Source: an uncultured Ruminococcus sp. (GTDB lineage Bacteria > Bacillota > Clostridia > Lachnospirales > Lachnospiraceae). From it: a stretch of DNA of 64,000 nt. The position numbers were made by a program, and so were the translations under genes. Under the pieces are notes generated by a model that was not told the origin of the DNA, ran no database searches, and worked only from the letters and a program-made list of their open reading frames with translations. The stretch covers positions 2,329 through 66,328 of the forward strand of contig CAJFQC010000010.1 of NCBI GenBank assembly GCA_904418845.1, in the 5' to 3' direction. Shown piece after piece: positions 38,016 to 47,705 of the stretch (positions are counted from its first letter, which is position 1; every line of letters starts with the position of its first letter).

Positions 38016-39359
38016 TTACTCTGCCAGTCCTTCTGCCTTGATAACTTCCACAACGCTGTCCACGTATTTGCCGCAGATCTCATCTGTTGCGGCCTCAACC
38101 ATGACACGGATTACCGGCTCCGTGCCGCTCTCGCGCACAAGGATACGGCCGTCGCTTCCAAGCTCATCCGCCGCCTTCTGCACTGCTGCCTGAACAGCCG
38201 GATTCTCCCGTGCTGTTTTCTTGTCTGTGACACGCACATTTTTAAGAAGCTGCGGGAATATCTTCACCTCATCAGCCAGCTTTCCGAGGGGCTGCTTCTT
38301 CTCCAGGATCACTTCCATAATCATAAGAGATGTGAGGATGCCATCGCCTGTTTTCGCATGCTTGCTGAAAATGATATGTCCGGACTGCTCTCCGCCCAGT
38401 ACATATCCGTTCTTCAGCATATTCTCGTATACATACTTATCGCCTACTGCTGTCTGCTCATACTTCATGCCGATCTTATCGCATGCTTTGTAAAGCCCCA
38501 GATTGGACATGACAGTGGTTACGATCGTATTATCCTCAAGGCGGCCCTGCTCCATGAGGTATTTCCCGCAGACATACATGATACGGTCGCCGTCTACGAC
38601 ATTCCCATTCTCATCCACTGCGATACATCTGTCGGCGTCTCCGTCGTAAGCAAATCCCACGTCAAGTTTCTTCTCTTTCACAAACTGCTGGAGTATCTCA
38701 ATATGAGTAGAGCCGCAGTTTGTATTGATGTTTGTTCCGTCTGGTTCATTGTTGATAACATATGTCTTTGCTCCAAGGGCATCAAACACACTCTTTGCGA
38801 TGGCAAACGCGCTTCCGTTAGAGCAGTCAAGGCCGACTCTCTTATCCTCAAAAGAACGTGTCGCCAAAGAGATCAGATGTCCCATATAACGGTTTCTTCC
38901 CGCCGCATAATCCACTGTACAGCCGATATTCTCTTTTGTAGCAAGCGGAAGTTCCTCTGTCTCACCGTCAATATATGCCTCAATCTTATCTTCAACCTCT
39001 ACTTCCATCTTATGCCCGGCGCTGTTGATCACTTTGATGCCATTATCATAGAAGGGATTGTGGCTCGCTGAGATCATAATGCCGCAGTCAAAATCCTCTG
39101 TCCTGACAACGTAGGAAACGCTGGGAGTTGTTGTCACGTGAAGAAGGTATGCATCTGCGCCTGACGCTGTCAGTCCTGCTGCCAGCGCGTACTCAAACAT
39201 ATAGCTGCTTCTTCTTGTATCCTTTCCGATCACAACTCTCGCCTTGTGGTCCTGACCGAAATACCAGCCCAGATAACGTCCTACCTTAAATGCATGCTCC
39301 ACAGTAAGAACTACATTCGCCTCGCCGCGGAAACCGTCCGTTCCAAAATATTTACCCAT
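38016..39359 (-). CDS. glmM: Phosphoglucosamine mutase
   Basis: KYFGTDGFRG, ISASHNP, DGDADR, GGEQSGH, VRESGTEP. Confidence 0.97.
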   Translation of the reverse strand: MGKYFGTDGFRGEANVVLTVEHAFKVGRYLGWYFGQDHKARVVIGKDTRRSSYMFEYALAAGLTASGADAYLLHVTTTPSVSYVVRTEDFDCGIMISASHNPFYDNGIKVINSAGHKMEVEVEDKIEAYIDGETEELPLATKENIGCTVDYAAGRNRYMGHLISLATRSFEDKRVGLDCSNGSAFAIAKSVFDALGAKTYVINNEPDGTNINTNCGSTHIEILQQFVKEKKLDVGFAYDGDADRCIAVDENGNVVDGDRIMYVCGKYLMEQGRLEDNTIVTTVMSNLGLYKACDKIGMKYEQTAVGDKYVYENMLKNGYVLGGEQSGHIIFSKHAKTGDGILTSLMIMEVILEKKQPLGKLADEVKIFPQLLKNVRVTDKKTARENPAVQAAVQKAADELGSDGRILVRESGTEPVIRVMVEAATDEICGKYVDSVVEVIKAEGLAE

Positions 39360-39596
39360 AATTATCTTCCTCTTGGTCTTCCATAATATTTATGCCGGGC
39401 ACAGAACATTCATATCCATTTCCAGACACATCCACATTATATTACTATTACAGAACAGTTACAAGTATTTCTTTTTTGTTACAAAAGTTCATCCATAGAT
39501 ATATTGCGAATAATGCACAGTATTTACTCTTTTTTATTTTTACGTTATACTGATACAGCCACTTTTCGTCTGAACGGATTTGCGGAGGACAACATT

Positions 39597-40385
39597 ATGA
39601 TAAAACTGATCGCAAGCGATCTGGATGGCACGCTGCTCAGGAACGGTGCGCAGGAACTCTCGCCCCGGGCCGTGCACCTTATCCATGAGCTGACACAGAA
39701 AGGGATTCATTTCGTGGCAGCAAGCGGCCGTCAGTATGACAGCGAACGACATATATTCAGGGAGATCAGAGATGATATCTCTTATATTTCTGACAACGGC
39801 TCACTGTGCGTTCACCAGGGAGAGGTCATCTCATGCGGCCATATTTCTGATGATCTTGCGCTGAGGATCATTGACGAGGCACGAAAAAATCGGAAGTATG
39901 AACTTCTCATATCGCGGCTGGAGGCAAGCTACATTGAAGAGGGGAATCCGGACTTTGAGAATTATATGAAAACTGTAATGAATTTCAATATCAGGGTCGT
40001 GAAAGATATAAGAGACGTGGAACTGCCGGTCATGAAGATTGCCGTTGCCAATCTTGGAACAGATGACAATATGGAGTATTTAAATCATCTGAAAAACATG
40101 TTCGGACAGGAGATCAAAGCCGTGACTTCGGGAACGATATGGATCGATTTCATCACTCCCGGTTGCAGCAAAGGGAAGGCACTCAAGACGCTGATGAAAC
40201 TCTTTGGTATAAAGCCGGAGGAATGCATGGCTTTCGGCGATGAATACAATGATGTGGAAATGCTGGAACTGGTCGGAAAAAGCTACGCCATGTCAGACGC
40301 AGCTCCCGGTATCGCGGAACATGCCGCTTATGTAACGGATTCCGTTGAAGATATCCTAGAGGAAGTTCTTGCGGGGCTTCGGTAA
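39597..40385 (+). CDS. Cof-type HAD-IIB hydrolase
   Basis: ASDLDGTLL, ASGR, SKG, AFGDEYND. Confidence 0.93.
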   Translation: MIKLIASDLDGTLLRNGAQELSPRAVHLIHELTQKGIHFVAASGRQYDSERHIFREIRDDISYISDNGSLCVHQGEVISCGHISDDLALRIIDEARKNRKYELLISRLEASYIEEGNPDFENYMKTVMNFNIRVVKDIRDVELPVMKIAVANLGTDDNMEYLNHLKNMFGQEIKAVTSGTIWIDFITPGCSKGKALKTLMKLFGIKPEECMAFGDEYNDVEMLELVGKSYAMSDAAPGIAEHAAYVTDSVEDILEEVLAGLR

Positions 40386-40446
40386 GACAGGTGATTTTTT
40401 CTATTTTCCTCAACGCTTTGTATTCTCTCTGCCACCTGTCTTCCCC

Positions 40447-41193
40447 TCACTTTATCTCTATGATTGCGTAGGGACTCTTTCCCCCGTCGCACAGTTCGAT
40501 CACGATGCGCTCCTGCTCCATGGCAATCCTTGGATAGATTACATCCCCAAGCACCGCTGATTTCTTATAATCTACTCTGACCTGTCTGATACTCAAGTCT
40601 CCGGGCAGCATTTCCATTGCCATTTGAACATACTGGCAGTTATTCACATGTTCATTTGTATCGATATGGTATTTTCTCACCGGAAAAGCATCCTTCTCCT
40701 CGAAATCTTCTGGCACGAGAATCTTTCTGTCCTCATAGGGCATGTCCAAAGGCACGTTCATCCCATAGGGATCAATATGCTCCGGCGCCGGGCGGCACGG
40801 TCTTCCTTTCTCCAGATCCATAAATACCCATATAGAGTTAGCGCAGGCAATCCGCTTCCCTTCTCCGTCCTTCATATAGAAATTCCGGTTGCCGAAAAGT
40901 CCTCTAAACTCCGTGGCAAAGGTACCTGTGGTGATCGCTTCCCCCAATCCGGGATAGCGGTTGATAATAACCTGCCAGTAGGAGAGCACCCATGCTTTTT
41001 TATCCTGTTTGAGCCTGTCCATCCCAAGTCCTGCAAGCTCTGAATGGAATGTACTGCAATCCTGAAAGTAGTTAATCAGTGCCGGCAGTGTCAGTGTTCC
41101 CCGGTGATCGATCTCGCTGTACCTTACCCTGCTGTCAAATTCATAACGGCTCCCTTCTTTATTATTTTGTATTTCTTCTTTTTGTTCTGTCAT
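40447..41193 (-). CDS. Acyl-ACP thioesterase
   Basis: RVRYSEID, FQDCS, HIDTNEHVNN. Confidence 0.9.
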   Translation of the reverse strand: MTEQKEEIQNNKEGSRYEFDSRVRYSEIDHRGTLTLPALINYFQDCSTFHSELAGLGMDRLKQDKKAWVLSYWQVIINRYPGLGEAITTGTFATEFRGLFGNRNFYMKDGEGKRIACANSIWVFMDLEKGRPCRPAPEHIDPYGMNVPLDMPYEDRKILVPEDFEEKDAFPVRKYHIDTNEHVNNCQYVQMAMEMLPGDLSIRQVRVDYKKSAVLGDVIYPRIAMEQERIVIELCDGGKSPYAIIEIK

Positions 41194-41198
41194 CTGTA

Positions 41199-42383
41199 TC
41201 ACTCCTCAGTCTTTGCCACATACTCATAGTCCACGGTTATCACACACTCATATCTGGAATCTTCTTTTTTCAGCCGCTCTGCCAGATGTTGTGACAGGGC
41301 GTTTCTTTTCTCTTCGTCATACTCGATGGGAATGACCATATCAAAGATAAGATTAATCTGCTTCTCCCCATAGACGACGCGGAAATCATGGAGGCTGCAT
41401 GCAGGATCCAATTCCTCCATCATGCGGACAGCCTGTTCGCGGATACCCAGTACCCGAGTGTCTTTCATTTCCACTGGATCCATATGGATCACGAGGAAGA
41501 TCCCCAGCTCTTTTGCCGCCTCCCTCTCGATATGGTCGATGATCTCATGGGACTGTTCGATGTCCACATCGTTGGGCACCTCCGCATGGATGGATGCCAT
41601 GCTCCGCCCCGGTCCGTAATTATGTACGATCAGGTCATGGGTACCTTCAATCCCGTCATAGCTTTCTACAAACCGCTTGATCTGCTCGTATACCTCCGGG
41701 GTAACAGCCTCTCCAATGAGCGGTTCCAGCGTATCTTTCGCGATACCGACACCCGCCCACATGACGACAAGAGCTACACCCGCGCCGACAAAGCCGTCGA
41801 TGTTGATGCCCGTCGCCCCGAAAAAGAGGATAGATACAATAGTCGCACCTGTAGTGACAGCATCTCCCATAGAATCCGTAAACACCGCCATCATCACTTT
41901 AGAGTTGATCTTCGCTCCCAGCTTCCGGTTAAAAAGACCGAGCCAAAGCTTCACCGCTACGGACAGCACAAGGATGAGCACAGATACTGCCTGAAAATTT
42001 AAATCCTCCGGCGTGCGGATCTTGCCGATGGAGTCTTTTAAAAATGTGAAACCTACCTCCAGCACAAGGAAGGACACGATCAGCGCCGCTATGTATTCAA
42101 TGCGCCCATGTCCGAAAGGATGATCCTTATCCGCCGGCTTCCCTGCCATCTTCACTCCCACAAAGCTGATGATAGATGATCCTGCGTCCGAAAGGTTGTT
42201 GAAAGCGTCCGCAGTGACGGATACACTGTGCAGCACAAGCCCCACCGCGAACTTCACCACAAAAAGGAACACGTTACAGAAGATACCCACAATGCTGGAA
42301 AGGACACCATATGCCGTCCGCACGGATATCTTCTGTATTTCCTTATAATCTTTTACAAAATGTCTTACCAAAAATTCCGTCAT
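41199..42383 (-). CDS. Cation diffusion facilitator family transporter
   Basis: ADAFNNLSD, HPFGHGR, HDLIVHNYG, SIHAEV, IHMDP. Confidence 0.95.
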   Translation of the reverse strand: MTEFLVRHFVKDYKEIQKISVRTAYGVLSSIVGIFCNVFLFVVKFAVGLVLHSVSVTADAFNNLSDAGSSIISFVGVKMAGKPADKDHPFGHGRIEYIAALIVSFLVLEVGFTFLKDSIGKIRTPEDLNFQAVSVLILVLSVAVKLWLGLFNRKLGAKINSKVMMAVFTDSMGDAVTTGATIVSILFFGATGINIDGFVGAGVALVVMWAGVGIAKDTLEPLIGEAVTPEVYEQIKRFVESYDGIEGTHDLIVHNYGPGRSMASIHAEVPNDVDIEQSHEIIDHIEREAAKELGIFLVIHMDPVEMKDTRVLGIREQAVRMMEELDPACSLHDFRVVYGEKQINLIFDMVIPIEYDEEKRNALSQHLAERLKKEDSRYECVITVDYEYVAKTEE

Positions 42384-42392
42384 ATTTCTCCT

Positions 42393-43037
42393 CTATTTTT
42401 CTCCGAAGAAAAACCAGCTTATCTCAAAGTCCGATGTAGCGGTCACTTCCGCATACTCCTCTTCTGTCAGTACATTTTTTAGCTTCTGCTTTCCCTCCTC
42501 CGGCACGACTGCGTTCGTCGTGTCAAGAAAGCAGAGGCTCGGGTATAGAACACACCACCAGTTATGCCCTTTGGCAGCTCCGATCTCAATACGCAGTGCT
42601 TCATAATTTCCTGCCGGAAATGTAATGTCGCCGTAGCTTTTATCCGGGAACCAGCAGGTAGTTACCGCCGCGCTCACCGTCTGATCCGCCCCTGACGCGG
42701 CGACAGTATCCCGGCCCACTTCTTCAATGGCGTCGATATGTTCCCTCGCCCATGCCGTGGTTTCAGAAGCACTGTCTGTCTCCGGCATATTCTCTTCGAG
42801 AAACGCAAGTACACTGTCCCGCACCTTTATTTTTAAGGACTGATCTTCTTCGCTGTCGCTGTTTGCCAGCACATGGAACCTTAAAACTTCCTCCGCCAGA
42901 TGCTCCTGAAGCTCTGCCCGTGAAGCCGCGTCTGCTCTTTCATACATAATCCATGTAAACAATGCCGCGATGCAGAGTGCCATGATGAGGATAACTCCCG
43001 CTTTGCTGCGATCTTCCCGCACATATCTGCTGTCCAT
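42393..43037 (-). CDS. spoIIR: Stage II sporulation protein R
   Basis: LRFHVLANSDS..DQ.LK.KVRD, FP.K.YG...PAG.YEALR..IG...GHNWWCVLYP.LC. Confidence 0.95.
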   Translation of the reverse strand: MDSRYVREDRSKAGVILIMALCIAALFTWIMYERADAASRAELQEHLAEEVLRFHVLANSDSEEDQSLKIKVRDSVLAFLEENMPETDSASETTAWAREHIDAIEEVGRDTVAASGADQTVSAAVTTCWFPDKSYGDITFPAGNYEALRIEIGAAKGHNWWCVLYPSLCFLDTTNAVVPEEGKQKLKNVLTEEEYAEVTATSDFEISWFFFGEK

Positions 43038-43070
43038 ATGTATGACCTCCATAATCTGTTTGATATATGG

Positions 43071-43099
43071 AGTATAGACAGATCTTTCAGAACTTATAC
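43071..43099 (-). promoter_or_regulatory. SigF-type promoter of spoIIR
   Basis: GTATA-15 nt-GTCTATACT fits the Bacillus SigF consensus GYWTA-N15-GgnnAnAHTR; spoIIR is SigF-dependent in B. subtilis. Confidence 0.65.
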
Positions 43100-43106
43100 A
43101 CCGCCG

Positions 43107-43784
43107 TTATTCTTCTCTGTGCTTCAAAGATCCCAGCACGGTATCTGCTTGGTTATTGATATGCTGTCCCGTTACCTTCGTTGCCTTTTCTCTGTCATGG
43201 CTTTCGATGGCAGCGATGATCGCCTCATGCTCTGCCAGGAGCTTGGGGTGGCACTCTTTCTTCTTGAGATATTCGATACGGTAACGGTACATCTGTTCTC
43301 GCAGATTATTTAAGAGCTGGATCAGCCGTCCGTTGTTCGTGGCAGTGAAAATTACGTCGTGAAACGCCTCGTCTGCCTCCGCGATCTGTGTAATATCGTC
43401 ACTTCCCAGCACATCCCGAAAATGATCCGCCGCCGCGTGGAGTTCTTTTATCTCACGCTTATCGATACGCTCACAGGCGAGCTGTACGGCAAGCTCTTCT
43501 AAGGCACAACGCACCTCCAGAACGTCCCGGAGATTTTTTTCCGTGATCTCAGCGACCTCGGCACCTTTTCTTGGAATCATGAGCACAAGCCCTTCAAGTT
43601 CCAGCTTTCGTATCGCCTCGCGTATAGGGGTTCGGCTTACTCCCAGTTTATTTGCAAGCTGGATCTCCATAAGCCGCTCGCCGGGTTTGAGTTCTCCGCG
43701 CAGAATCGCACGGCGCAGTGTGTTAAATACCACATCCCTTAAAGGAAGATATTCATTCATTGTAACTTCAAAATCAATGGACAT
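43107..43784 (-). CDS. GntR (FadR/FCD) family regulator
   Basis: LRDVVFNTLR..GELKPGERL..LGVSRTPIREA; FCD domain. Confidence 0.93.
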   Translation of the reverse strand: MSIDFEVTMNEYLPLRDVVFNTLRRAILRGELKPGERLMEIQLANKLGVSRTPIREAIRKLELEGLVLMIPRKGAEVAEITEKNLRDVLEVRCALEELAVQLACERIDKREIKELHAAADHFRDVLGSDDITQIAEADEAFHDVIFTATNNGRLIQLLNNLREQMYRYRIEYLKKKECHPKLLAEHEAIIAAIESHDREKATKVTGQHINNQADTVLGSLKHREE

Positions 43785-44661
43785 CCTGATCCCTCCTTAC
43801 ACTGTGTATACTCGTCACATAGACCTGTCTGGTCAGCGACTTTTCTCTGATTCTTCTCTGCGCCTCACGAGCGGTGCCCCGGCTTTCAAAGAGTCCGAAT
43901 ACTGTGGGTCCGCTTCCGCTCATCATGGCATTTAAAGCTCCCGCGTCCACCATCTCCCTCTTGATGTCTTCGATCACGGGGTGCATGGGTATTGTCACAT
44001 CTTCCAATACATTTCCCATACAGGATGCCACCTTTTTAAGGCTTCCTGCCTTCAATCCTTCTATGATCCCGTCAATATCCGGGTGCGCCTCGATCTCCTT
44101 CGAATCGAGCGCCTCATATACGACCCTGGTAGACACACTGACAGGCGGTTTTGCAATAAGCACCGTGCATTTAGGCATCGCCGGGAGAACACTCAGTTCC
44201 TCACCTATTCCTTCTGCAAGCACGGTTCCACGCATAATACAGTACGGTACATCCGCTCCCAGACGGACGCCCCTCTCCATGAGTTCTTTCCCGGAAAGCC
44301 CCAGGCGGAACATCCGGTTCATACCGAACAGAACTGCCGCCGCGTTGGAACTGCCGCCTGCAAGTCCCGCCGCAACCGGGATATGTTTATTCAGGGAAAT
44401 GCGGACTCCCTCTTCAATATGGAACTCTTCTTTTAAAAGCTTCGCCGCCTTATACGCGATATTTCCATCCCCTGTGGGAAGAAAATTTAAGTTCGACGCC
44501 ACTTCAATCTCTGATAAAGATGTCTTCTCGATCTTCACCTCATCGTATAGATAGATGGACTGCATGACCATGCGCACATCGTGGTATCCGTTCTCTCTTC
44601 TTCCGAGTACATCCAGCCCAAGATTGATCTTTGCCAGCGCTTTTAATTCAATCTGATTCAT
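43774..44661 (-). CDS. ispE: 4-diphosphocytidyl-2-C-methyl-D-erythritol kinase
   Basis: AKINLGL, KHIPVAAGLAGGSSNAA, GADVP, MSGSGPTVF. Confidence 0.97.
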   Translation of the reverse strand: MNQIELKALAKINLGLDVLGRRENGYHDVRMVMQSIYLYDEVKIEKTSLSEIEVASNLNFLPTGDGNIAYKAAKLLKEEFHIEEGVRISLNKHIPVAAGLAGGSSNAAAVLFGMNRMFRLGLSGKELMERGVRLGADVPYCIMRGTVLAEGIGEELSVLPAMPKCTVLIAKPPVSVSTRVVYEALDSKEIEAHPDIDGIIEGLKAGSLKKVASCMGNVLEDVTIPMHPVIEDIKREMVDAGALNAMMSGSGPTVFGLFESRGTAREAQRRIREKSLTRQVYVTSIHSVRRDQDVH

Positions 44662-44704
44662 CCTGTGTCCTCCGTTATTCCTCTGTATCTTGTATACATT
44701 GTGC

Positions 44705-46264
44705 TTACAGTATACTCATATTTTCCTTCAAAATCAACAGTTTATCCCCCGGTCTGAGATTTTCGCTTTCCAGACCATTTATCTCTTTGATCCCCTCCAT
44801 GGTCGTCATATACTGTTTCGCAAGGCTCCACATATCCTCGCCGCCGCGCACGATATGACCCACAATCCCCGGACGTTTTGATAATGCTTCCACATCAAAA
44901 GGCTTCGTCTCCACCTTGGTAATCACATTTACCGGAACCATTTTCCTTAAAAAGATGTCAAATGCCAGCACTGCCTTGACTTCCACTGCCTCACTGCCCG
45001 CAAGCGTCACAGCGAGCTGTTCCACATGGCTTGACAGACTGCTCTGCGTCCCTTCCGGCATATCGGGATACTCAATCAGATAGGAAAACGGAAGTATCCC
45101 CTGCCAGCTTCCGTAAGGCTCCGTATCATCCCCTCTCACATACAGGAATGACAAGTGAAGTATTCCCTCTACCTTGATACCCTCCTTCGTGTGCTGTTCG
45201 CTCTCCATCTGGATATTTCCCTGGCTGTGGATGATCTGAAGAACATCCTCCTTAAGCTCCGGCAGGGCAAGACGCTCGGACAATTTACATCTGGACTGGT
45301 TCTGCATCAGAAGCTCTTCAAACACAGTATTCTGAGTATCAAAAGAGCACTCCTGTTCCAGCGAGTACATATCCCTTAATATTTCTGTCTCTTCTTCCTC
45401 ATAAATATTCATCCTCAGCACAAGTGTTGCCTCAATCCCTATGATCCTCATCTCCCCGTCCTCGTCAAGACGGACGTCGGACAGGCTATCCTCAAGGGAA
45501 TGTCTGATGTGGTGGAACATCCCTTCGGTCACTCCGTCGCATGGAATCCGCCCTTCATAGGGAACGCTCTGCTCAATCCAGTCTGTTTTCTCCTCCGCTG
45601 ACAGGTACATGCAGAACACAAGGAGTTCTCCCCTGATCAGAATCTCATCCTGTCCCAACCGGATGTCCATCTTCCTGCTCACGATATCCGCGGACAACAT
45701 CTGCCCGATGCTCTCCTTTGTCCCCGGCAGGATGATCTCTTCTTTGATGCGGTATGTATCCTTCTTAGAGACCGCAAGCTTTAAAAGATTCATGTTCTCC
45801 ATTTTCCGGTAGACCGGGATATCGCTCTCCACATCCACTGTCAGCTCTTCATCCCGCAGACTCTCCCTTCCGATCTCCAGCTCTGTCATAATGCGCAGGC
45901 TTAGTTTTCTTGAATGTACCACAGAGCCGGTAAATTCCGTCCGCATATTTCGGATAAAAAATGTCTCATTTCCGTCATTTTCTGCGTACACCATCTCCTC
46001 AAAGGGCAGTTTTCCCTCCAACACCGCAGGCTTTGGATCACCGGAAGCAGTGATATAAAGAATGCGGAAGTAAACTTTTCCCGTAACTTTCACATAATTC
46101 TCCACCGGACGGACATCCTCAGGTCTGCACTCCGCACTCCCTTGTATAATGCGCTGTACATCATCTTTTTGATCCGGGACATTGTAATCTTCATCCAGAT
46201 AGAACTGGTCAAAGATACTCTTTCCCTCTTGCGTATAATGGATTGGTTTTCTTATCAGCTCCAT
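44705..46264 (-). CDS. SPOCS (DUF3794) repeats + C-terminal LysM spore coat assembly protein (SipL-like)
   Basis: Three DUF3794-like units; C-terminal HIVRGGEDMWSLAKQY..I.EINGL LysM. Confidence 0.85.
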   Translation of the reverse strand: MELIRKPIHYTQEGKSIFDQFYLDEDYNVPDQKDDVQRIIQGSAECRPEDVRPVENYVKVTGKVYFRILYITASGDPKPAVLEGKLPFEEMVYAENDGNETFFIRNMRTEFTGSVVHSRKLSLRIMTELEIGRESLRDEELTVDVESDIPVYRKMENMNLLKLAVSKKDTYRIKEEIILPGTKESIGQMLSADIVSRKMDIRLGQDEILIRGELLVFCMYLSAEEKTDWIEQSVPYEGRIPCDGVTEGMFHHIRHSLEDSLSDVRLDEDGEMRIIGIEATLVLRMNIYEEEETEILRDMYSLEQECSFDTQNTVFEELLMQNQSRCKLSERLALPELKEDVLQIIHSQGNIQMESEQHTKEGIKVEGILHLSFLYVRGDDTEPYGSWQGILPFSYLIEYPDMPEGTQSSLSSHVEQLAVTLAGSEAVEVKAVLAFDIFLRKMVPVNVITKVETKPFDVEALSKRPGIVGHIVRGGEDMWSLAKQYMTTMEGIKEINGLESENLRPGDKLLILKENMSIL

Positions 46265-46275
46265 ATCTCTCCTCC

Positions 46276-46731
46276 TCAATCTAACAAGACTTCTTTTTCT
46301 ATATATTCAAGCTGTATGACCACATATGGAAATGTGGCGGCATCTTTTGTCTCTTCCCCTTTTTCGGGTCCTAACAGATTCGTATGCACATGGAGGGCGT
46401 CCTCTGTCTCATACAGGGCGTTTACTTCCACGCTGTATCCCGATGTAGGGCGCTCCCCGTATCCTCTTGCGATATAGAGGTATCCCTGGTCCGCGTAAGT
46501 CATAAAAAAAGGCTCTGTCTGCTCCCCATCAATCTGCGCGGTAAGCTCCGGCGGGATCGTATCTTTGTCCAATACAGTGAATTCTATATCTCTTAGCTTC
46601 TGTCTGTTCCCTGTCTTCGTAACACATCCTGTCATCAAACAGAGGATCACACAAAAAACAGTACCTAAGAACAGAAGACTGCGACACCCCCTGCTCCGTT
46701 TACACTCATTTTTTATCCATGACCGATCCAT
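46276..46731 (-). CDS. PrcB-family lipoprotein (start uncertain)
   Basis: Lipobox LMTGC; GYGERPTSGYSVEV, TFPYVVI. Confidence 0.75.
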   Translation of the reverse strand: MDRSWIKNECKRSRGCRSLLFLGTVFCVILCLMTGCVTKTGNRQKLRDIEFTVLDKDTIPPELTAQIDGEQTEPFFMTYADQGYLYIARGYGERPTSGYSVEVNALYETEDALHVHTNLLGPEKGEETKDAATFPYVVIQLEYIEKEVLLD

Positions 46732-46918
46732 TTCTCCTGCCCGCGAGCATATTTTCCCTATAATCATATGTCCTCAATGGTTGAATTATACCGGAAGCAG
46801 TTGAATCGTGCAGCGTAGCATAAGGCTTGTTTTTTCGATATTTCCGCTGTATAATTTAGTTTGTCCTTTTTCAAATGGGCATACTATAAAGATGAAAGAA
46901 AAATTTGAGGACTGACTT

Positions 46919-47662
46919 ATGTTTCGATTTATCTGTATTGTGATCTTCCTGATCACATTCCTCATCGTGACCATTCCCGTGCTGGCGGTGGAATGGCTTA
47001 TTGGAAAATTTAATCCAAAAGCGCGGGATATGAGTTCCATGTACATTGTACGCTGGGGATTCCGGAGTATCTTAAAGATCACAGGTGTGCAGATAACTGT
47101 CATCGGTGAAGAAAATGTTCCCGACGAACCCGCACTTTTTATCGGAAACCACAGAAGCTACTTTGATATCCTCCTGACATACAGCCTGTGTAAAAGACCG
47201 ATGGGGTATATCGCCAAAAAAGAAATGAAACGCTATCTGACTCTGACCCTGTGGATGCGCCGCATCTATTGTCTTTTCTTGGATCGGGATGATCCCAAAG
47301 AAGGCTTGAAGACAATCCTTACGGCCATTGACCATATTAAAGAGGGCATCTCCATCTGCGTATTCCCTGAAGGAACAAGAAATGACGGCGAAGAGCTGAG
47401 TATGCTTCCGTTCAAAGACGGCGCGCTTAAGATCGCCACCAAGACCGGATGCCCGATCGTTCCTGTCTCCATGAATAATACGGCAGAGATGTTTGAAAAT
47501 CATTTTCCGAGAATCAAAAAGACTCATGTGATCATCGAATACGGGAAACCTATCTACCCGGAAGAACTGGATAAGGAAACAAAAAGACATATCGGAAACC
47601 ACATAAAGGAGATCATTGTGGAGACGATCCACAGAAATGCCGCGCTGCTGGATAAACAGTGA
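46919..47662 (+). CDS. plsC: 1-acyl-sn-glycerol-3-phosphate acyltransferase
   Basis: NHRSYFD, AKKE, FPEGTR, IVPV. Confidence 0.92.
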   Translation: MFRFICIVIFLITFLIVTIPVLAVEWLIGKFNPKARDMSSMYIVRWGFRSILKITGVQITVIGEENVPDEPALFIGNHRSYFDILLTYSLCKRPMGYIAKKEMKRYLTLTLWMRRIYCLFLDRDDPKEGLKTILTAIDHIKEGISICVFPEGTRNDGEELSMLPFKDGALKIATKTGCPIVPVSMNNTAEMFENHFPRIKKTHVIIEYGKPIYPEELDKETKRHIGNHIKEIIVETIHRNAALLDKQ

Positions 47663-47705
47663 TGCACGTGGTATAAGACAAACAAACGACACAGGAGGTA
47701 ACAGT